Below are positions 5,856 to 11,890 of a DNA stretch of 14,381 nucleotides, in pieces. The position numbers and the translations under genes were made by a program. This DNA is from an uncultured Gammaproteobacteria bacterium. Its GTDB lineage: Bacteria > Patescibacteriota > Patescibacteriia > UBA2591 > UBA6264. Position 1 is the stretch's first letter, and every line of letters starts with the position of its first letter. Below the pieces are notes generated by a model. That model saw only the letters and a program-made list of their open reading frames with translations. It made no database searches and was not told the DNA's origin. The DNA lies in the NCBI GenBank assembly GCA_964507075.1, contig CAZDOL010000002.1, positions 1-14,381 of the forward strand, written 5' to 3'.

Positions 5856-7652
5856 CCCCACCATCCACACTTCTGGCCAGGCCTTATAATGACTTTTCCA
5901 AATGTCTCGACGAACAACACCATTTGGGAAGGTAATAATATTTTCAAATTTGGTATCAGCCCCAGCATGTGACGATTCAATTCTTTTCTTCTCCCCGGGC
6001 TCTAATTCTGTAGTTTCTATAAACTGTATTGGCCCAGGTTGCGTAATATTAAAAATTTCTGGTTCCTTATTGAATACTTGTCGTCCATCAGAAGTGCCAT
6101 AAAACTCAAAAATTAAATCATCGTCTTTAATTTCGGTTTGTAATAATAAATGATAGCCCGTGTCATTAATGAATCTAAGGTCAGGATGAGGACTATAAAT
6201 AGTTGCGTCCGTACCAGCTGGTTCATAATAAAAAACTCGATAAGAATGCGAAGAGCGTTCAGTGATTGGCAAACCAGCACTAAAAGCTAACCTAAACATA
6301 GTTGTGCCAATTTGACATAATCCTCCCCCATATTCCGGAACTGTCCTATCTCCTTTGATAACAAGCTCTGGCAAAAAACCTGCTTCTGCGTTTATTTCTC
6401 CCAATGCTTGAATTAAAGAAAATTCCTGGTCTGGGGCAATAAGAATTCCATGTAAAATTTGAGCGCCAATACGAATATTATATCTACGATTTTTCGGACT
6501 TCCCCAAAAATTAGAAGAGCCTTGAGCTATAAATTCCTGAATACCCAAACCATCTAAATCGTCAGGTAAAGGGACAGGGTCAACTTTGTCCACTTTAAGT
6601 GCTATTTCTTTTTCCTCTCCAAACAAGATATTGCGGGTAATGATATCTTTGCTGGTTTCTATGTTCAGTATCATTCCAGATTGTCCAGCCTGAAACTCGG
6701 TAACTTTTTTCTCAAAACTATTTCCGTCTATCTCCAAGCGCGTTTCTATGGGAGCGACATTTAATTCTTGAGCAATTTCTTCCAGATATAGTTTCAATTT
6801 TTCCTGATCTATAGATAGATTAATCTGACGATTAAGGCCTTCCTGAAAGATAAACCATTCGCTAACCCGACGAGAGGAACAGGTCCATTCCTTGTCTTCA
6901 TATTTTAATTTATAAGGAGCTTTATCAAAAATTCCTTGAGCTTTGGCAAAGGCTAAACTTGAATCTTCTGCGCTTATGCCTGCTTTGTCAATAAAAGAGT
7001 TTATAATAATTTCTTGACTATCAAAATTCTCTAAATTTTCAATTAATTCATTTAACGCCTTGTCGTAATCCAAAATAAATCCATTTATTTCCAAATTTAA
7101 TTTAAGCTCATTATTCTCTAAAACAATTTCCGCGTTTTGAGACGGCTTTTCTAATTCTTTAAACTTTTCTTCCAAAATTTCTCTTAATTCCTTCTGATTG
7201 ATATAAACATGAGATGGTACGACTTGAGGTTTTGCTAAAATAATAAATTTTTTAGAAAATTTTTGCCAAATATTCCCAGTTCTCCCCATTAACAAAGCTT
7301 CAGTCAATGCTTTTTGGATGTCAAAACTAACTATTTGACGGCTTAAGTCAGGATCAGTCAAACCGATCAAAGACGAAGAAATCGTGGCGGAGATATCGCC
7401 TAAGTCTGTTTGAGCTCTAAAAGAAAGCCCTTTTCTTTCTATTTTTTCAGTAGCAATATTTAAAAGAACTTTTGCTTCTTCTGCTTTTAAACCTCCAATA
7501 TTCAAATTTTGACAATAAACATTGGGATAAATAGATTGACTGTAAATTTTTTGAAAAATTAAAGAATAAGCAATAATGACAATTAAAATCAGTAAGGGGT
7601 AAAAAAGGATCCTATAATATATTTTTTTTTTATTTTTTAACTTAAATTTCAT
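5814..7652 (-). CDS. VanW-family protein with N-terminal membrane anchor
   Basis: The VanW domain signature is present: YGGGLCQIGTTMFRLAFSAGLPITERSSHSYRVFYYEP...GTDATIY. The N-terminus has a hydrophobic helix (ILFYPLLILIVIIAYSLIF) after a lysine-rich start. The start ATG overlaps the hsp20 stop (ATGA). Confidence 0.85.
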   Translation of the reverse strand: MKFKLKNKKKIYYRILFYPLLILIVIIAYSLIFQKIYSQSIYPNVYCQNLNIGGLKAEEAKVLLNIATEKIERKGLSFRAQTDLGDISATISSSLIGLTDPDLSRQIVSFDIQKALTEALLMGRTGNIWQKFSKKFIILAKPQVVPSHVYINQKELREILEEKFKELEKPSQNAEIVLENNELKLNLEINGFILDYDKALNELIENLENFDSQEIIINSFIDKAGISAEDSSLAFAKAQGIFDKAPYKLKYEDKEWTCSSRRVSEWFIFQEGLNRQINLSIDQEKLKLYLEEIAQELNVAPIETRLEIDGNSFEKKVTEFQAGQSGMILNIETSKDIITRNILFGEEKEIALKVDKVDPVPLPDDLDGLGIQEFIAQGSSNFWGSPKNRRYNIRIGAQILHGILIAPDQEFSLIQALGEINAEAGFLPELVIKGDRTVPEYGGGLCQIGTTMFRLAFSAGLPITERSSHSYRVFYYEPAGTDATIYSPHPDLRFINDTGYHLLLQTEIKDDDLIFEFYGTSDGRQVFNKEPEIFNITQPGPIQFIETTELEPGEKKRIESSHAGADTKFENIITFPNGVVRRDIWKSHYKAWPEVWMVGKTLEHENIGTLEH

Positions 7653-8146
7653 CCTGAAACTTTAATATTTTTTTGGCCATCAACATCTTCTGCCTTGGGT
7701 AAAATTATTTTTAAAATGCCATTTTTAAAATTAGCTTTAACATCATTAGGTTTAATTGGACAAGGCAAGATTAAAGTTCTAGAAAATTTTCCCCAAAAAC
7801 ATTCTTGATAATAATAATTCAAGTTTTCTTTTTGATTTTTAACCTGAGATCTACTTCCACGAATAACAATTAAATCTGGCTCGGTAATAATATCTATATC
7901 CTTAGCTTGTACGCCAGCAATCATTGATTCAATGATTAAACAATCATCATCTTCATAAATGTCAACCGACAACTGACCCTGACTTTCTTCTGGCAACCAA
8001 TCTTCAGTGCTTTCCTCTTCTTTCTTGCGGGGTTTTTTCATTTTTTTAATTTTGGCATCTTCAACCCCTGCAATAATACTAACCTCTTCTCCTTGCTTAT
8101 TGAGAAGCTCTTGATTTAAACCTGATATTTTACTCCAAAAACTCAT
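7649..8146 (-). CDS. Small heat-shock protein, Hsp20/alpha-crystallin family
   Basis: The alpha-crystallin domain reads GQLSVDIYEDDDCLIIESMIAGVQAKDIDI...FSRTLILPCPIKPNDVKANFKNGILKIILPK. The product is 165 aa. Confidence 0.87.
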   Translation of the reverse strand: MSFWSKISGLNQELLNKQGEEVSIIAGVEDAKIKKMKKPRKKEEESTEDWLPEESQGQLSVDIYEDDDCLIIESMIAGVQAKDIDIITEPDLIVIRGSRSQVKNQKENLNYYYQECFWGKFSRTLILPCPIKPNDVKANFKNGILKIILPKAEDVDGQKNIKVSG

Positions 8147-8165
8147 AAGAAATTTTTAAATTATT

Positions 8166-9395
8166 CTAATAAAAATAAACTGGATAAATTTTTCCGCAAT
8201 CTATAATTTTTTCGTTAATATTTTGATAACTTAAATAGACGTCTATATCAGGATATCTATTCTTAAAAGACTCCACTGAACTGAATTTTGCGCTTTTCAA
8301 ATAGGCCTTTGATTCTATTGCTATAGTTCTGCCATTACCTAAAAAAATGATAAAATCAATCTCATTCTTTTTCTTATCACGCCAAAAGTTGAATTTATAA
8401 TCATTTTTAATGAATTGTTGAGCTAATCCATTTTCCAGCAATAACCCTTTGTCTGGTCTTGTGTCTAATTTTCTAAAATCATCAACAATAAAATTTCTTA
8501 ATCCTGTATCTAAAAAATAAACTTTAGGATTTTTAACAATTTCAGTTCTTCTATTTTTAAAATACGGCCTCAAAAAACTACATATATAAGTTTTTTCTAA
8601 AAAATTCAAGTATTTTTTCAAAGAAGGATAAGAATAACCCGATACTTGAGATAATTCCTGATAATCTAATAAATTTCCTACTTGCAAAGCAAGCGCTTTT
8701 GTTAAATTATTCAATTTATAATCATCAATCAGACCCAATATATCCCTGACCTCCCTTAAAAAATAAGTGTTATAAATATTACGCAGGAGTTCTTTCTTTG
8801 CATCATAACTATTCTCTAAAACAACGCGTGGATAACCTCCGAAAAGCAAGTGCTCTTCATAATAATGTAATAATTTTTTATGAGCCTCCGTTCCTATGCT
8901 TATTTGAATGTCTTTAAATTGTTCAACTAATTTTCTATTCTTTTTATATATCTTTAAGTAATTCTTGTCCTTAGCTGACAAAAACTCTTGAAAATCAAAT
9001 GGATAAAGATTAAAGATTAAAACCCTGCCAACTAAATATTTTACCGCTCTAACGCTTAAATCAATTGCAGAAGATCCTGAAATTATAATTTTTATTTTCT
9101 GAGAATCAAAGATGTACTTAAGTGTCTTGCCTCCATTTTTTGCATATTGGAATTCGTCAATAAATAAATATTTGTTTCCTTTTATGTATATATTTATAAA
9201 ATCATCCGTTTGATTTTCAAACATTCTTAATATATTTTGGTCATCAAAAGAGATAGAAACAGCATTGCTAAGATTTTTGATTAAATGATTAATCATTGTG
9301 GTTTTTCCTGTTTGACGAGCGCCCGTTATGGCAATTATCTCTCTAGCGTCCAAATACTTCAAAATGGTACTCTCTAAATTACGCTTAATATACAT
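8166..9395 (-). CDS. AAA+ superfamily ATPase, COG1373-like (AAA_14 plus DUF4143 architecture), function unknown
   Basis: A Walker A motif (ITGARQTGKTT) and a Walker B-like motif (YLFIDEFQ) are present. At 409 aa, the length and C-terminal region are typical of the DUF4143 ATPase family. By eye the gene is more AT-rich than its neighbours. Confidence 0.8.
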   Translation of the reverse strand: MYIKRNLESTILKYLDAREIIAITGARQTGKTTMINHLIKNLSNAVSISFDDQNILRMFENQTDDFINIYIKGNKYLFIDEFQYAKNGGKTLKYIFDSQKIKIIISGSSAIDLSVRAVKYLVGRVLIFNLYPFDFQEFLSAKDKNYLKIYKKNRKLVEQFKDIQISIGTEAHKKLLHYYEEHLLFGGYPRVVLENSYDAKKELLRNIYNTYFLREVRDILGLIDDYKLNNLTKALALQVGNLLDYQELSQVSGYSYPSLKKYLNFLEKTYICSFLRPYFKNRRTEIVKNPKVYFLDTGLRNFIVDDFRKLDTRPDKGLLLENGLAQQFIKNDYKFNFWRDKKKNEIDFIIFLGNGRTIAIESKAYLKSAKFSSVESFKNRYPDIDVYLSYQNINEKIIDCGKIYPVYFY

Positions 9396-9434
9396 AAAAT
9401 TTGCATATCGTTACTATAATTAAACTATACGTCA

Positions 9435-9463
9435 ATTATAGTTCCATCTTATATTTTTGTCAA
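9435..9463 (-). promoter_or_regulatory. Perfect-consensus sigma70-type promoter (TTGACA-17-TATAAT) upstream of the ATPase gene
   Basis: The minus strand reads TTGACAaaaatataagatggaacTATAAT. The -35 box is at 9458-9463 and the -10 box at 9435-9440, separated by a 17-nt spacer. The start codon is about 40 nt downstream. An 8-bp inverted repeat CTATAATT/AATTATAG (9434-9441 and 9414-9421) overlaps the -10 box. Confidence 0.6.
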
Positions 9464-9469
9464 TACATG

Positions 9470-9517
9470 CTAATGCCTGCCCCGTGGGAGAGGTAGCGAC
9501 TCTACGGGGTTCTAATG
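9470..9517 (-). repeat. GC-rich interspersed palindromic element, copy B (36-nt core 9476-9511 flanked by an exact 6-bp direct repeat)
   Basis: The minus-strand core is AACCCCGTAGAGTCGCTACCTCTCCCACGGGGCAGG. It forms a hairpin through CCCCGU/ACGGGG and AGAG/CUCU pairing around a 7-nt loop. CATTAG (CTAATG on +) abuts both ends, at 9470-9475 and 9512-9517. Confidence 0.65.
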
Positions 9518-9520
9518 ACT

Positions 9521-11743
9521 TTAGTCCGCTTTCATTGTTGCAACACTAACGCCTCCGTGAAAACTACGAGAATAAGAATGAAACTGTGAAACAGGATCGC
9601 CAGATGGAGCAAAAATATTAATTTGTGGTTCTTTAGAGCCATTAGGAGCTACAATAATTTCTACCTTATTGTCTTCATCAAAATCAGCAGTTGCTATATT
9701 AGTGCCGTGATAAAAATCTTTAGAATAAGCCAAAAATTGTAAACGCAATAAAAGTAATTTAGAATCAAAAACTCTGATATAAGCAGATGCTTCTGAAGCA
9801 ACGCTTGCTAAAATTTCATTTTGGCCATCTCCATCTACATCGCCTATTGCAACATCAACACCACCTAAGAAATTTTTATTAAAAGCAAAAAAGTGGAATT
9901 TAATATTACCTTGACCATCAAAAACTCTAATATGAGGGCCACCGCCTGGGCCAGCGCCAGTTACAATCTCCTCTTTGCCGTCTCCATCTACGTCGCCCAC
10001 AGCTACATTAACGCCACCCTTGAAATTTTTATGATAAGCAAAAAAATCAGCTTTTATGTTCCCATTAATATCAAAAACTTTAATATTGGAATTACCATTA
10101 GGCCCTGGGGCTGTAATAATCTCATCTATTCCATTCCCATCTACATCGCCCACAGCTATATTAACACCACCCCTAAAACTATCATCATAAGCAAAGAATC
10201 CACCCTCAGGATAGCCGCCTACATTAAAAACTCTAACATGAGGGCCACCGCCTGGGCCAGCGCCAGTTACAATCTCGTCTTTGCCGTCTCCACTAACATC
10301 TCCAGCTGCAACCTGAACTCCACCTCTAAAATTTTCATTGTAAGCAAAGAATCCGCTTAAAGGCAATCCTGCTGAGTCAAAAACTCTAACATGAGGGCCA
10401 CCGCCTGGGCCAGCGCCAGTTACAATATAATAAGATTGATGCAATGTTCCCAACTGACTATATGCATAATCAATAGTAGCGTAAGCGTTTACCCTTCCTC
10501 TGCCTAATTGTCCTTCCAAACCCGGATTAAAAGCATCAATATCATCGGCATGATTTAAAATAAAATCTTGAACTTGCTTTTGACTAAAAAGGGGATTTAC
10601 AGACCAAACCAAAGCTGCTAAGCCCGAAACTATAGGCGCGGCAATTGAGGTTCCTGACCAATAACCGCCATAATATTCTCTGTAATTCTCATAATTAGGG
10701 TTATAAGCTAAAGCTCCATAAATTCTGGTTCCAGGAGCGGAAATATCAACGCATATACTGCCAAAATCAGAAAAAAGCGCTTTGTGGTCAGTGTCATCTA
10801 GGGCCGCCACGCCAATGATAAAATTTTCATCATCATCTTCGTCCAAACATATGGGATAATTTGGATTTTCATTAAGATTTACTGGCTGATTTACTGTTTC
10901 ATTACCAGCAGCTGCGACTACAATCACTCCATTTTTCCATGCCTCTTTCAGGGCTTCTGCCAAGAAAAAACTCTTGCTGGTGCCAACAAAACTTAAATTT
11001 ATAATCTTAGCTCCATTATCAACTGCATAACGAACGGCGCGAATAACATGCTCCACACTCCCTGTGCCCTGACTATTTAAAACTCTAAGAGGCATAATCT
11101 TACTGTTCCATGCCAAACCAGTGATTCCTTCGTTGTTATTTCCAACTGCCGAAGCAATGCCAGCAACTAAAGTTCCATGATGAATACCACTTTCATTATA
11201 ATCCTCGTCAAATTTTGGCTTAGGATCAAGGGTGCTCCTTACAAAATCCCAACCACGCAAATCATCTATATAACCATTATTGTCGTTGTCCTTTCCGTCT
11301 CCTCGTATTTCGTCTTTATTCAACCATATATTTTCTTTTAAATCAGGATGGTCAATATCAACGCCTGTATCTAAAATAGCAATAACAATATCTTGATTTC
11401 CTCCTTTAGTAAAATCCCAAGCTTGAGGAGCTTTAATTTTGCCCAAATACCACTGTTGGTCATATAATAAATCCGCGGGAATAAAAGCAGCTTGAAAGGA
11501 ATAATTTGGCTCAACATAATCCACTAAAGGCAAAAAAGAAAACATTTTCTCCATTATCTTAGCGAATAAAGGATTAACTGGAATCTTATAAATCTCCTGT
11601 TTGTTTTTTAATCTAACCAAAAGTTCATTATGTCCCGAACCAGAAACATTAAATGGAATAAACGAAAACAAGGTGAGTAAAAAAATACTCAACAAAAAAA
11701 TAACTATAATTTTCTTTCTCTTAAAAAACATCATAATGGTCAT
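9521..11743 (-). CDS. Secreted subtilisin-like serine protease (peptidase S8) with I9-like propeptide and C-terminal FG-GAP/VCBS-type repeat propeller
   Basis: The catalytic triad contexts are ILDTGVDIDHPDL (Asp), HHGTLVAGIA (His) and GTSIAAPIVSG (Ser). The start is set at ATG 11741-11743 because MTIMMFFKRKKIIVIFLLSIFLLTLFSF is a classical signal peptide; ATGs at 11734 or 11731 are equally possible. The 46 upstream ORF-track codons run through the GC-rich structured spacer and look non-coding. Confidence 0.85.
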   Translation of the reverse strand: MTIMMFFKRKKIIVIFLLSIFLLTLFSFIPFNVSGSGHNELLVRLKNKQEIYKIPVNPLFAKIMEKMFSFLPLVDYVEPNYSFQAAFIPADLLYDQQWYLGKIKAPQAWDFTKGGNQDIVIAILDTGVDIDHPDLKENIWLNKDEIRGDGKDNDNNGYIDDLRGWDFVRSTLDPKPKFDEDYNESGIHHGTLVAGIASAVGNNNEGITGLAWNSKIMPLRVLNSQGTGSVEHVIRAVRYAVDNGAKIINLSFVGTSKSFFLAEALKEAWKNGVIVVAAAGNETVNQPVNLNENPNYPICLDEDDDENFIIGVAALDDTDHKALFSDFGSICVDISAPGTRIYGALAYNPNYENYREYYGGYWSGTSIAAPIVSGLAALVWSVNPLFSQKQVQDFILNHADDIDAFNPGLEGQLGRGRVNAYATIDYAYSQLGTLHQSYYIVTGAGPGGGPHVRVFDSAGLPLSGFFAYNENFRGGVQVAAGDVSGDGKDEIVTGAGPGGGPHVRVFNVGGYPEGGFFAYDDSFRGGVNIAVGDVDGNGIDEIITAPGPNGNSNIKVFDINGNIKADFFAYHKNFKGGVNVAVGDVDGDGKEEIVTGAGPGGGPHIRVFDGQGNIKFHFFAFNKNFLGGVDVAIGDVDGDGQNEILASVASEASAYIRVFDSKLLLLRLQFLAYSKDFYHGTNIATADFDEDNKVEIIVAPNGSKEPQINIFAPSGDPVSQFHSYSRSFHGGVSVATMKAD
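9524..10429 (-). repeat. Six tandem ~51-aa FG-GAP-like blades with near-identical DNA segments
   Basis: The protein repeat unit is IVTGAGPGGGPH(V/I)RVF..G....FFAY...F.GGV.VA.GDVDGDG..E, present six times, with the last two copies degenerate. The DNA segment aaaactcta(a/t)(c/t)atgagggccaccgcctgggccagcgccagttacaat recurs at 9921-9970, 10227-10276 and 10380-10425. Confidence 0.8.
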
Positions 11744-11890
11744 AAACGTCAGTCCCGGGGACTGGCTCCGACCTGCCCGCCTTGCTTTGCAAGGCGAAGC
11801 GGGCGGGAGGTGCCTGTCCCCATTTAAAACGTCAGTCGTTAAAGAGGAGCGAAGCGACGGGAAAACGTCTGACGTTGACATTAATAAAAA
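11744..11890 (-). repeat. Compound GC-rich structured element cluster (related to copies A and B) filling the gyrA-protease spacer
   Basis: Hairpin 1 spans 11828-11876, with 13-nt arms paired at 12 of 13 positions. Hairpin 2 spans 11757-11821, is 65 nt long and has a CCUUGC-aaa-GCAAGG apex. An exact 11-nt direct repeat AAACGTCAGTC lies at 11744-11754 and 11827-11837. GCGAAGC occurs twice, at 11794-11800 and 11849-11855. The termini CCCG... and ...GGGCAGG/GGGACAGG are shared with copies A and B. Confidence 0.5.

Noticed and set aside
9474-9512. The + strand of copy B (GCCCCGUGGGAGAGGUAGCGACUCUACGGGGUUC) superficially resembles a group II intron domain V (...ACGGUUC 3' end).
   Set aside because: The bulge is on the wrong side and the loop is 7 nt rather than a GNRA tetraloop. 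There is no AGC catalytic triad in the right position, no other intron domains and no intron-encoded protein nearby.
9893-10360. A 155-aa + strand ORF with internal repeats (NSNMRATAWASASYNL twice).
   Set aside because: It is the antisense shadow of the FG-GAP repeat region of the protease. Its repetitiveness simply mirrors the coding repeats on the other strand.
9524-10429. The regularly spaced near-identical DNA repeats (153-nt period) could be mistaken for a CRISPR-like array or a DGR template/variable repeat pair.
   Set aside because: The repeats are in-frame blades of one continuous ORF with a conserved protein motif. The spacing equals the blade length. There are no cas genes and no reverse transcriptase in the window.
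11744-11881. The ORF track extends the protease by 46 N-terminal codons (MSTSDVFPSLRSSLTTDVLNGDRHLPPASPCKARRAGRSQSPGLTF).
   Set aside because: The stretch coincides with the GC-rich hairpin/repeat cluster and has non-protein-like composition. It is followed by a textbook signal peptide starting at Met47, so it is open by chance.
11744-11890. The GC-rich structured spacer was considered as a known small RNA (SRP/4.5S RNA, tRNA or tmRNA fragment, known riboswitch).
   Set aside because: It lacks a cloverleaf or T-loop (GTTCGAATC-like). It lacks the SRP domain IV GGAA tetraloop with its symmetric-loop motifs. I could recognise no riboswitch core, and the relationship to interspersed copies A and B fits a repeat element better.
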